DNA of 64,000 bases from Candidatus Moraniibacteriota bacterium (GTDB lineage: Bacteria > Patescibacteriota > Minisyncoccia > Moranbacterales > UBA1568), in the NCBI GenBank assembly GCA_028688415.1, contig JAQTYF010000001.1, positions 336,627-400,626 on the forward strand. The letters are read 5' to 3'. Below are positions 48,270 to 57,464 of the stretch, in pieces (the stretch's first letter is position 1; each line of letters opens with the position of its first letter). The notes beneath the pieces were generated by a model that made no database searches, was not told the DNA's origin, and saw nothing but the letters and a program-made list of their open reading frames with translations. The position numbers and the translations under genes are program-made.

Positions 48270-49397
48270 TCAAGACTGTATATATTCCAAAGTTTCTCGC
48301 GCACATTTGTCCCACGAAAATTTTTGTAACTGTTCTTTTCCTTTCTGTATAAGTGTTCGTCGTAATTGCTCATCACTCCAGAGACAGAGTAGTTTCTCAG
48401 TCATATCAGAAACGTCGAGTGCGTCACAGAAGAGTACGGCATCTCCACCTACTTCGAGAAGACTCGAATTATTGGCCGTCATCACCGGGACACCAGATGC
48501 AAACGCTTCGAGAATTGGTAGACCAAATCCTTCATAGAGTGATGGAAAAACAAAAAATCGAGCTCCTTGATAAAGGCTACGGAGATCAGAGAAACTCACC
48601 GCTCCCGTCAGAAGAATATCCTTTTTATAAGGACTCTTCTCTCGTACTTCCAATATCGATTGAGAGAGCCATGCTGGTTCCCCTGCCAAGACCAGCTTCA
48701 TATCGGGTGCTGTTTTCTTTGCCTCGTCAAATGCCTGGATGAGGCGGACGAGATTCTTTCTCGGCTGAAGTGCTCCGACATAAAGGACATACTGCCCAGG
48801 AAGTAAGGAATAAGAAGTAAGCAGTAAGCGAAGCTCTTCGGAAGAAAGTTTTGTACCAAAAAACTCACCATCAAATCCATGATGGATGACACGAATACGG
48901 TCTTCTGAAATATGCGGGAAGAATTCCACCACATCTTTCTTCGTCGATTCTGATACCGCGATGATCTTGTCAGCTCTCCGAAGTGCCACACCAAGGAGGA
49001 AGTTGAGCTTGAAAAGATGTGTCTTGGGAAATGTCTCTGGATATCGTCTGAAAGCGAGATCATGAATAGTCACGGTCACTTCCGTTTCTTTTGGGAGAAA
49101 AATCGGTGCAGCCTGAATCGGCAGAAAAAGTTTCTTCGGTCTCATGCGAAATATCTCCCACGCAAATCTCGTTTGCATCCAAGCAAAAGGAAAAACAAGC
49201 ATCTTCACGAAATAGTTCAGAAAATTTGGTGGAGTCAAGAGCGGATTGAAGATATTTCGATGATACAAATGAAACTTTGTTTCTGTATCAAATTTTCCAA
49301 AGCGTTTCAGGAGCTCTTTCAAATATACCCGTGTTCCATCGATACGCTGGTGATCGAGATCACTCACTTGTAGAGCTACCGTCGTATTATTTTTCAT
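48270..49397 (-). CDS. glycosyltransferase family 4
   Basis: YEGFGLPILEAFASGVPVMT (the GT4 EX7E region). Confidence 0.7.
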   Translation of the reverse strand: MKNNTTVALQVSDLDHQRIDGTRVYLKELLKRFGKFDTETKFHLYHRNIFNPLLTPPNFLNYFVKMLVFPFAWMQTRFAWEIFRMRPKKLFLPIQAAPIFLPKETEVTVTIHDLAFRRYPETFPKTHLFKLNFLLGVALRRADKIIAVSESTKKDVVEFFPHISEDRIRVIHHGFDGEFFGTKLSSEELRLLLTSYSLLPGQYVLYVGALQPRKNLVRLIQAFDEAKKTAPDMKLVLAGEPAWLSQSILEVREKSPYKKDILLTGAVSFSDLRSLYQGARFFVFPSLYEGFGLPILEAFASGVPVMTANNSSLLEVGGDAVLFCDALDVSDMTEKLLCLWSDEQLRRTLIQKGKEQLQKFSWDKCARETLEYIQS

Positions 49398-50412
49398 ATT
49401 TTTTTCTCGCTTGCATCAATTCCAGTGGTTCGGCAAAGTGCATATTTTCAGCACCAACCACAAAATCTTCCACTGTCACACCTTGTTTCCTGAAGTATTC
49501 CACGACACCTTCTACAAGTTTTTCTGGAGCACTCGCACCTGCACTGATACCAATCGTTTCTTTCTCTCTGAGCCACTCTGTATTGAGTTCGGAAACATCA
49601 TCGATGAGATAAGCCTCAGTCCCCTCTTTACGAGCCGTTTCCATCAAACGTGTCGAATTCGAAGAATTTTTTGATCCGAGTATCAAAACAAGATCAGATA
49701 CTTTTGCCAACGCCTTCACTGCTTCCTGTCTGTTGGTTGTTGCAAAACAGATATCGGAAAGTGGTGGCGCGACAATCTGAGGATATTTTTTTTGAAGCGC
49801 TTTTATCACGACAGCTGTGTCATCGATGGAGAGTGTTGTCTGAGTGAGATAGACAAGTTTTTCTGGATTCCCTATATCGAGGTTTTCTACATCTTCTATA
49901 GTCTCCACAAGCGGAATAGATCCTTTCTCTGCTTCGCTCAACACACCGAGACCTTCTATATGCCCATGATGTCCGATATATATTATTTGATATTGCTCCT
50001 TGAGGAAACGTCCCACTTCGAGATGTACCTTGGTGACGAGCGGACAAGTGGCATCGATAAGCCGAATATGACGATTTTGAGCTTCTGTATAGTGGTCTCT
50101 GATCGATCCATGGGCTGAAAACACCACCACGGCCCCTTCTGGCACCTGAGAGAGGCTTTCTATGGTAATTATTCCTTTGGCAGAGAGATCTGCCACCACA
50201 TGCTTGTTGTGGACAATCTCATGCTTTACATAGACTGGCGCACCAAAAATCTCCAGAGTGTCTTCCACTGCTTTCACGGCACGCGATACGCCCGCACAGA
50301 ATCCTCGTGGATTGGCAAGGAGAATTTTTTTGAGAGTAACCATGAAAGATAAATAACTAATCTTTGATACGTGTACCGATAAATTTTTTCCCTGCGATAT
50401 AATTCTCGACAT
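49387..50412 (-). CDS. ispH: 4-hydroxy-3-methylbut-2-enyl diphosphate reductase (IspH/LytB); start probably at MVTLKKI (~50343)
   Basis: NPRGFCAGV, three conserved Cys regions, and His motifs (IVHN..; ..SHG). Confidence 0.8.
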   Translation of the reverse strand: MSRIISQGKNLSVHVSKISYLSFMVTLKKILLANPRGFCAGVSRAVKAVEDTLEIFGAPVYVKHEIVHNKHVVADLSAKGIITIESLSQVPEGAVVVFSAHGSIRDHYTEAQNRHIRLIDATCPLVTKVHLEVGRFLKEQYQIIYIGHHGHIEGLGVLSEAEKGSIPLVETIEDVENLDIGNPEKLVYLTQTTLSIDDTAVVIKALQKKYPQIVAPPLSDICFATTNRQEAVKALAKVSDLVLILGSKNSSNSTRLMETARKEGTEAYLIDDVSELNTEWLREKETIGISAGASAPEKLVEGVVEYFRKQGVTVEDFVVGAENMHFAEPLELMQARKKYEK

Positions 50413-51067
50413 TTTTCATATCACCACCATTCATCACAGCAACCTCCATATGTTCTTTTTCTGCCATTTCAGAAGCGATCGGATCAAAAGGAACATTCAT
50501 TCCAGGATTCCATTTACTTCCAACAATCTTTCGGAAATCTTTCCAAGTTATTTCTTCAAATGGTACAGCGTCTGCATGTACCCGAGGATCCTTACTGTAA
50601 ACACGTTCGATATTTGAGAGATTGATAATACGATTCACATCGAGATATTTTCCGAGAACGACTGCATCAAAATCAGTAGAGAATCCTGGTCGCCATCCTG
50701 CAGCGACAAGGATCGGCTCTGGTGCTCGATAGAAATCTTCGAGATCATGCGGATTGGTATTGATACGCGGATGCGCATATTCACGAAAAATAGTACGGAC
50801 GAGGTGTGCGTTCATACGGGTAGCATGGATCCCGAGCCAATCACGATCTTCATCGGTAATTTTGGTGATTTGCCCTGCGACATCAATATACTGTCTCGCC
50901 GTTCTTCCTCCGCCTGTTACCAAAATAAAACGATATCCTTTTTTGATATGAGAAACGATAAATTTTTTGAAATTGCTGATGAATTCTGTATCGATCCCCT
51001 CTGGCACAAGAAGTGATCCTCCGAGTGAAATAATGATACGTTCTTTCTTATCGTATGCTCGAGACAT
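50357..51067 (-). CDS. pyrH: uridylate (UMP) kinase
   Basis: Amino-acid-kinase fold: IISLGGSLL..., VTGGGRTARQY, 236 aa. Confidence 0.75.
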   Translation of the reverse strand: MSRAYDKKERIIISLGGSLLVPEGIDTEFISNFKKFIVSHIKKGYRFILVTGGGRTARQYIDVAGQITKITDEDRDWLGIHATRMNAHLVRTIFREYAHPRINTNPHDLEDFYRAPEPILVAAGWRPGFSTDFDAVVLGKYLDVNRIINLSNIERVYSKDPRVHADAVPFEEITWKDFRKIVGSKWNPGMNVPFDPIASEMAEKEHMEVAVMNGGDMKNVENYIAGKKFIGTRIKD

Positions 51068-51087
51068 AGGGTGATTTCATGATTGAT

Positions 51088-52338
51088 TTATTCTTTCTCT
51101 TTCATCGTGAAAAAATGCACGAGATCCTCGAAAGCTATTTCCTGCACATCACTCTCAGTACGTTTTTTTACTTCAGCTTTTCCTGATTCAATGGAACGTT
51201 TGCCGATGACAACTCGATACGGAATACCGAGGAGATCGCTCTCAGCAAACTTCTCCCCTGCTCGCATATCGCGATCATCATAGAGGACTTCGATACCTGC
51301 CTTGGTCAGTGTTTCATAGACTTCATTTGTCTTCTCATCGGTTCCGAGCGAAAGGAGATGGACACGAAATGGCGCGACAGACTCTGGCCACACGAGACCA
51401 TTTTCATCAGAGAGTACCTCTGCTATCGTTCCCATCACTCGGGCGGGTCCGATACCGTAACAACCCATAATTACTGGCTGAGAATTTCCCGCCTCATCTT
51501 TGAAGGTAAATCCAAGTGGCACTGAATATTTCGTCCCCAAAGTAAAAATATTCCCTACTTCAATAGATTTTTTCTCTACCAAATTTTCTCTCTTCAAACC
51601 AAGCTCTGTCAGCACTTCATCTTCCAATACTTCTTTGTTCAGAGCTTGACCACTTGCTTCATCAATGTAAATCAAATCTTCACCCGCATCACTCACTGTC
51701 TGAAATTCTTCAGAATATTTACTAAATGCACCTCCTGATGCAAAAACGGGGTAAGTTGTTTCTCCCAAACCGACGCGTTCGAAAAATTTGATATAGGCAC
51801 CACGCACAGACGCATAAACTTTTTCATGCTCTTCTTGATTTCGAGAAAAGGAATAGAGATCCTTCATGATAAATTCTCGCGTCCGCATAATTCCTGATTT
51901 TGCACGCGTTTCATTGCGAAACTTTGTCTGAAACTGATACGCGAGTACTGGTAAATCACGGTAGGATGAAACTTGTTGTTGCATCAAACGCGTAATCGGT
52001 TCCTCATGAGACCAACCAAGTCCTACATCTGTCCCGTTTTTCAATTTTGTCTTGAACCACACATCGACTTTTTCATCATCCCAACGATCAGTCTTTTCCC
52101 ACAAAGATTTATCCTGCAAAGCAGTAAGCGAAAGTTCCTGACCGCTCACCGCATTCATTTCCTCCCGAATAACCTGTATCACTTTGTTGAGTGTTCGTAG
52201 CCCAAGAGGCAAAAAAGAATAGACTCCTGCCATTTCTTTGTGGATGAAACCAGCACGAATGAGGAGTTGCGCATTCTTACTCACCTCATCTTTTGGTGCT
52301 TCTTTCTTTGTTCGCGTGAACAGTTGTGTCTGTCGCAT
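51088..52338 (-). CDS. proS: proline--tRNA ligase (short form lacking the large editing insertion)
   Basis: N-terminus QLFTRTKKEAPKDEVSKNAQLLIRAGFI aligns with the ProRS N-terminus. Class II motifs and a C-terminal anticodon-binding region are present. Confidence 0.7.
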   Translation of the reverse strand: MRQTQLFTRTKKEAPKDEVSKNAQLLIRAGFIHKEMAGVYSFLPLGLRTLNKVIQVIREEMNAVSGQELSLTALQDKSLWEKTDRWDDEKVDVWFKTKLKNGTDVGLGWSHEEPITRLMQQQVSSYRDLPVLAYQFQTKFRNETRAKSGIMRTREFIMKDLYSFSRNQEEHEKVYASVRGAYIKFFERVGLGETTYPVFASGGAFSKYSEEFQTVSDAGEDLIYIDEASGQALNKEVLEDEVLTELGLKRENLVEKKSIEVGNIFTLGTKYSVPLGFTFKDEAGNSQPVIMGCYGIGPARVMGTIAEVLSDENGLVWPESVAPFRVHLLSLGTDEKTNEVYETLTKAGIEVLYDDRDMRAGEKFAESDLLGIPYRVVIGKRSIESGKAEVKKRTESDVQEIAFEDLVHFFTMKEKE

Positions 52339-52352
52339 AAAATAAACTTTTA

Positions 52353-53501
52353 TTACAATTGTATGCTGATTGTTTTTTCTTCTCCATTATGGAGAACACG
52401 GAGGAGAATCGTATCACCAATAGAATAATGACTCAAAGCTACAGACAAGGGGTTATGAGGAGAGATGTTTGTACCATCGATTGAAAGAATAATATCACCA
52501 AATTGAAGTCCAGCTCGCATCGCACTCGAGTTGGACAAAAGAGCTAGTCCTGTTTTTCCTGAAGGAGAGTAGACGAGCGCTCCCTCAGTCCGATCGAGAT
52601 GCATTGTCAGTGCAAGAGTTTTCGTAATGGAGAGATAGTATACTCCAAATACTGGGCGCTTTGTCAGTGTCTGTGCGATAGCACGATTCAATGCATCGCG
52701 GACGATATTAGCAGGAATGAGAAACGTATGAAGAGTATTATCGATAGTCAATGATCCTACTAGTCCGATCATCTCACCATTGAAACCAACTGCTGGACCA
52801 CCGACAAAACTTCCCAGATTTTGCACATCCATTTCAAATACTCCTTCCAATTTTTCAGAAGAAGAGACTGTTTTTCCTGAAAGATTGAATGTGTGGTTGA
52901 TATTTCCGAGAATACCGACAGCGAGGCGACTCTGATATTCTGTTTCTGCACTGCCGATAACAACCACTTTTTTTCCGACACGAACATCATCTGAATTCGC
53001 GAGAGCAATCGATGACGAGTTTTTCATATCACTTAGACGGAGAAAGACAATATTGGTGAATGTATCATAACCAAAGAAATCAGCTGTACGATCTGTGCCA
53101 TCGGGAAATAATATTCTGTAACGAGAGGTTACTGAAAATGGTTGCTCGCTATACAGTGCGATCAAACCGTCATTCGTCAACAAGACACCTGTTCTATTGA
53201 AAGAGATCTCATTCTTTTCACTCTTTGTATCTTCTGAAAATATAAAAACTTTGACTACCGCCGTTGACGGTTGTGAAATAATTTTTTCCACCGAATCATC
53301 TTCACGGACGACTATCTGTTCGGTTTTATTGATTACTGTCACACGATCGGTTATTTTTTTGAATATGCTAAGAGTATTCAAAAAAGGGACGGATGCAAGA
53401 CGAGGAGTATACGCATTGATGAAAAGCGATCCTATACCACCCAAAAGTACGATACCTATCACAGAAAGCAAAAAAAGAAAAAACTTTTTCATAGATTTCA
53501 A
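52353..53501 (-). CDS. HtrA/DegP-like trypsin-fold + PDZ protein with all three catalytic residues substituted (predicted pseudoprotease)
   Basis: It aligns with the active paralog at 54520..55779, but TNKHVV becomes TNDGLI (His lost), NDIAIL becomes TNIVFL (Asp to Asn), and GNSGGP becomes SFVGGP (Ser to Val). The PDZ domain is retained (GLQFGDIILSIDG). Confidence 0.6.
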   Translation of the reverse strand: MKSMKKFFLFLLSVIGIVLLGGIGSLFINAYTPRLASVPFLNTLSIFKKITDRVTVINKTEQIVVREDDSVEKIISQPSTAVVKVFIFSEDTKSEKNEISFNRTGVLLTNDGLIALYSEQPFSVTSRYRILFPDGTDRTADFFGYDTFTNIVFLRLSDMKNSSSIALANSDDVRVGKKVVVIGSAETEYQSRLAVGILGNINHTFNLSGKTVSSSEKLEGVFEMDVQNLGSFVGGPAVGFNGEMIGLVGSLTIDNTLHTFLIPANIVRDALNRAIAQTLTKRPVFGVYYLSITKTLALTMHLDRTEGALVYSPSGKTGLALLSNSSAMRAGLQFGDIILSIDGTNISPHNPLSVALSHYSIGDTILLRVLHNGEEKTISIQL

Positions 53502-53613
53502 AGGGAGGATAAGAAGTTAATATGCCTTTATTTTAGGCCCAATGCTCTTATTTTTATCACATTCCGAGACATTTGGCAACTCTTTACTCATCACACATCT
53601 TCTCTTGTCACTC

Positions 53614-54375
53614 TTATACCAAGATATGCCATGGTGTGCTCCATAAAAGTATACCTATTAAGAAGAAAAGTGTGATTGTCCGTATCACAATCTTACGCAA
53701 AGAAACAGATTCTCGAAAGAAATCAAAACAAATATCCCAAAGTAAAAAGAAAAAACAGAGTGCCAATATACCGGATGTCAAGTATCCAAAAGGCCAAAAA
53801 CTCATCACCCAAGCAAGTTCACACATAAAGAACCCAAGAAGCAAACTGTAAATAATCACTTTTTTCTTTTTGATTTCCAGATATTTGATACTCGAAAATG
53901 CATTGTAACTGGTCAGTGCTGTTCCTAAGAAATAAAGCATCATCAATCCCCAAAGAGGGAATGAAAAATTCAGATAAAAACCAAATATACCCGTGTAGTA
54001 AAAGAAAAGAGCTGCAATAGTTGCTGTGTCAAGAAATGCCTGGGCAGTCTTATCTTTCGGAGCATGATGCAGACGATACAATCCGAGTAATGCAAAGTAA
54101 TACATAATAGCACTCAGAGTGACAAATATCTTTCGTTGCAGAGGAGAATCTATCAAGGAAAGAAGTATCGGTACAGCAAAAGAAAGCAATCCAAGTAAAA
54201 AAACATCCGAGATACGCTTGGTAATTCGGCGACATGCCAAAAAAGAAACAAACAGAAGAGGAAGAATGGAGACAATATACCAGTTCCAGGTTGGAGTAAA
54301 AGGATTTATTGCTACGAGTACCAGTCCAAGAGAAAAAAGTATTGTCCAAAAAAGAATCGTAAAGTGAAAAATCAT
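53614..54375 (-). CDS. polytopic membrane protein (253 aa, ~8 TM), unknown function
   Basis: Hydrophobic throughout. It lies between the two HtrA genes. Confidence 0.45.
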   Translation of the reverse strand: MIFHFTILFWTILFSLGLVLVAINPFTPTWNWYIVSILPLLFVSFLACRRITKRISDVFLLGLLSFAVPILLSLIDSPLQRKIFVTLSAIMYYFALLGLYRLHHAPKDKTAQAFLDTATIAALFFYYTGIFGFYLNFSFPLWGLMMLYFLGTALTSYNAFSSIKYLEIKKKKVIIYSLLLGFFMCELAWVMSFWPFGYLTSGILALCFFFLLWDICFDFFRESVSLRKIVIRTITLFFLIGILLWSTPWHILV

Positions 54376-54455
54376 AAAAAAATCGCGTCACTCGTCAAAT
54401 ATGATGGTCGTATCATATTGATGAAAAATTATCTCTCTCTACTATAGCATACTCT

Positions 54456-54495
54456 GATAAAGAAGAAAGAGGCTTCTACAAGCCTCTTTCTTTCT
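54456..54495. terminator. intrinsic terminator hairpin (11-bp stem gaaagaggctt/aagcctctttc) downstream of the active htrA
   Basis: Perfect 11-bp stem with a 5-nt loop, flanked by T-rich tracts on both strands. Confidence 0.55.
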
Positions 54496-54519
54496 GTTCT
54501 TTCTTTATTACTCTTTGTC

Positions 54520-55779
54520 TTATTTTCTCTCTTCCAGCACGAGAATGAGTTCGCTTTCTTTCCCTTTGTGCCATACCTGAAGTGTCACTTGTTCCCCTAC
54601 ATTATATTGACTGAGTACATTTGTCAGTGTGTGCTTCTCGTCAATTTTCGTTCCATTGATCTCCAGAATAATATCATTCTCTATCAATCCTGCTTTATCT
54701 GCAGGTGAGCCAGGAACAACCGCAAAGTCCATCATCGTTTGTCCACGAAGAATCAGCGCTCCATAATTATATGGCAAATCATTTTCTTTCTGAAGAGCAT
54801 CATTCAAAATGACATATCGCACGCCAATATACGGCACAGAATATTTCCCTGTCGTACTCACTTGTTCGATAATACGTTTGACAGAATTGATCGGTAGCGC
54901 AAACCCGACGTTTTCGGCTCCCATAGCTACTGCGACATTGATACCGATCACTCGTCCATCGATATCAAAGAGTGGTCCTCCTGAATTACCTGGATTGATA
55001 GCAGCATCTGTCTGAATGATATCTGTGAGACGTTCTTCACTTCTTCCTCGTTCAGATCCTGCGGAAACATTTCTCTGCAAACCAGAGATGATGCCACTCG
55101 TTACCGAACCTGAGAATTCACCTAAAGCATTACCGATAGCAATCACTGTCTGTCCTACCTGAATCGTACCAGAATCCCCAAGTGTCAAAGCTGGGAAATT
55201 ATCTCCTTCAATTTTCAGTATAGCAATATCATTATTTGGATCACGAACCAATACCGTTGCGGAATGTTCCGTCTCTCCCATCATCACTGTATAGAGAGCA
55301 TCTTTGTCGGAGACCACATGCTTATTGGTTACGATAAGTCCATCGCTCGATACGAAAAAACCTGACCCGCTTCCGATTTTTTGCTTCTTCTGCAATTCTG
55401 AACTCTCGCTGTTTTTCTCTTCCTGTGGAGTATCAAAAGGGGTAAAAAAAGGAAATCCCTGAAAGAAGTTATTCCGAGGATCACGTAATTTGGAAACATC
55501 TTTACTCACAACAATACTCACCACCCCTGCAGAATTCTTCTCTACCATACGAGGAATGAGGCTATTCTGCTCTTTCATCACATCGTCACTTGGAGTGAGT
55601 TTTTCACGAGTATTTTCATCAATGATTACTGTTTTTTGTTTATGATACAAATCCAGAATTATCGGCGACATACCCCCTCCGATAAAACCAAACAACAGGG
55701 CAAAAAAAAGCAACATTCCTTTTTGATACCATTGTATTTTCCGTGGAGAGAGAATTTCTTCTTTTTGTATTATTTCCAT
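54520..55779 (-). CDS. htrA: HtrA/DegP-family serine protease with PDZ domain (catalytically intact)
   Basis: His (LIVTNKHVV), Asp (NNDIAILKI), Ser (GNSGGPLFDIDGRVIGIN), a PDZ domain (GSPADKAGLIENDIILEINGTKI), and an N-terminal TM. Confidence 0.85.
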   Translation of the reverse strand: MEIIQKEEILSPRKIQWYQKGMLLFFALLFGFIGGGMSPIILDLYHKQKTVIIDENTREKLTPSDDVMKEQNSLIPRMVEKNSAGVVSIVVSKDVSKLRDPRNNFFQGFPFFTPFDTPQEEKNSESSELQKKQKIGSGSGFFVSSDGLIVTNKHVVSDKDALYTVMMGETEHSATVLVRDPNNDIAILKIEGDNFPALTLGDSGTIQVGQTVIAIGNALGEFSGSVTSGIISGLQRNVSAGSERGRSEERLTDIIQTDAAINPGNSGGPLFDIDGRVIGINVAVAMGAENVGFALPINSVKRIIEQVSTTGKYSVPYIGVRYVILNDALQKENDLPYNYGALILRGQTMMDFAVVPGSPADKAGLIENDIILEINGTKIDEKHTLTNVLSQYNVGEQVTLQVWHKGKESELILVLEERK

Positions 55780-55799
55780 AACACTTTTTTATAAACAAA

Positions 55800-56861
55800 T
55801 TAGAAGAAGAATGCGGTGTTATTATCAGCATTCTCATACATTTTCTTTTCAAAATCACGGATCGATTCATCGGTAAACTCTGCACGAGCCGTCTCTTTAT
55901 CCCATACATATTCTGGTGATAACACGAAAATCGACATCATGCGCATTTTTTCAGAAAGAAAATCAGAAAATGTTTTTTTCTGTATAAAAACTTGTTTGAG
56001 ATGATAGAGATTTTGTTCGTTTTCAGTCTTTATTTCCTCTATCAAAACAATATGAAATCCCAGTGGACTTTCCACTACATCTCCTGGTATGCCTACTTTC
56101 TGTGAGTTCATCACCGTTCGTAATGCAGGCAAAATATCGTCCGATGTAAACCAGCCAATATCACCACCGTTTTCCTGTCCTGCACCATCTGAATACTGTT
56201 TCACTACCTCTTCGAAGGTATTTCCCAAACGAATACTTTTTTGTGCATTCAAAATCTTTTCTTGGGCTTTTGATGTATCATCACGAAATACTTCTTCGAG
56301 ACTTTTTTCCAATTTCTCCTGATACAAACTCGGCATCACCACTTTCTCTTCGAAATCAGCAATAGTCCATCCATAAAGACGTTCCAATTCATTTTTCACT
56401 CCAACCTCACTGTTATATTCAGAGAGTTTTCGAGAGACACTTTGCGATGCTTCATCATGACTGACTCGTATATCTTTTTCTTTCGCCAGCACTTCGATAG
56501 CCCGATCTTCGATCATTTTATTCAATACTTCTTTTTCGCGTATCTTGAAACGTTTCTGTCCGTCTGGTGTAGAAAAATCGACACGCACACCTATTTCTGA
56601 AAAATTTTGTACTTCATAAAAACGTTTCACAGAAACCATATTCCGAGCCAATGCACGAGAGGTAATAACAGGATCATATCCGATAACAACAATCGGGTAT
56701 GGTAATACACTTTTTAATGCAGTGGTCGATTGCACCGATCCAAACGAGGTGTACACGGCAATCAGGCTGAGTAAAAAGATACTTAATACAACAACTGCTA
56801 TTGTATACAGTACGGTACTCAATCGTATTTTTCTCGAAAAATTATGTGTTGTATTTGACAT
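55800..56861 (-). CDS. membrane-anchored PpiC-type peptidyl-prolyl isomerase (PrsA/SurA/PpiD-like foldase)
   Basis: N-terminal TM, a chaperone-like helical region, then a parvulin domain (NGGDIGWFTSDDILPALRTVM...VESPLGFHIVLIEE). Confidence 0.75.
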   Translation of the reverse strand: MSNTTHNFSRKIRLSTVLYTIAVVVLSIFLLSLIAVYTSFGSVQSTTALKSVLPYPIVVIGYDPVITSRALARNMVSVKRFYEVQNFSEIGVRVDFSTPDGQKRFKIREKEVLNKMIEDRAIEVLAKEKDIRVSHDEASQSVSRKLSEYNSEVGVKNELERLYGWTIADFEEKVVMPSLYQEKLEKSLEEVFRDDTSKAQEKILNAQKSIRLGNTFEEVVKQYSDGAGQENGGDIGWFTSDDILPALRTVMNSQKVGIPGDVVESPLGFHIVLIEEIKTENEQNLYHLKQVFIQKKTFSDFLSEKMRMMSIFVLSPEYVWDKETARAEFTDESIRDFEKKMYENADNNTAFFF

Positions 56862-56874
56862 AGTGTATAAAATT

Positions 56875-57336
56875 TCAGAAAAAAAGATTCCACCATTTTT
56901 TATAATTCGGCGTATTATCTTCTCTCTCTACTCTTTCTTCTGGTTTATTCTCCTGTCGTTCTGATCCTGATCGAGGGTTGATAATAACAACGTTTTCTTT
57001 TTCTTTTTTTAATCCAAGTTTTTTCTTCGCTTCCTGTTCTCGAAAATCATTAGAAGAAAAATATTGTATTTTCTCGGCAAGAGTTTCATTTTCGTGACGA
57101 ATCTTCCCTGCTTCAACCTCGAGAATAGCAACTTCTTTCTCTATACGTTCGCTTCGTTTGAGTTGTCTCGAAGAAAGAACGAGCACCCATACGATCAGGA
57201 GAGAAATAATTATCACCGTACCCGTGAACCACCATTTTTTTTGTGCCATACCCCTCTTCTTTTTTAATACAGAAAAAACGGAGCCACAAGAAACCCAATC
57301 ATTGATATCACCACAAAAATTGATATAACGACCCAC
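56875..57336 (-). CDS. FtsB/DivIC-like septum formation initiator (TM + coiled coil); probable start MAQKKWW (~57249)
   Basis: Single TM (FTGTVIIISLLIVWVLVL) followed by a short coiled coil (ERIEKEVAILEVEAGKIRHENETLAEKIQYFSS). Confidence 0.45.
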   Translation of the reverse strand: MGRYINFCGDINDWVSCGSVFSVLKKKRGMAQKKWWFTGTVIIISLLIVWVLVLSSRQLKRSERIEKEVAILEVEAGKIRHENETLAEKIQYFSSNDFREQEAKKKLGLKKEKENVVIINPRSGSERQENKPEERVEREDNTPNYKKWWNLFF

Positions 57337-57464
57337 ATTTTGTAGATACGTCTATGCCATTTTTTAAAACTCATATTTTTTCATTCATTATAAAGATATA
57401 CTAACAAAAACAGATGACAAAAACAAGTTTTCCTTTTGCACGAAAGAAGCAAGACACTGTCTAC

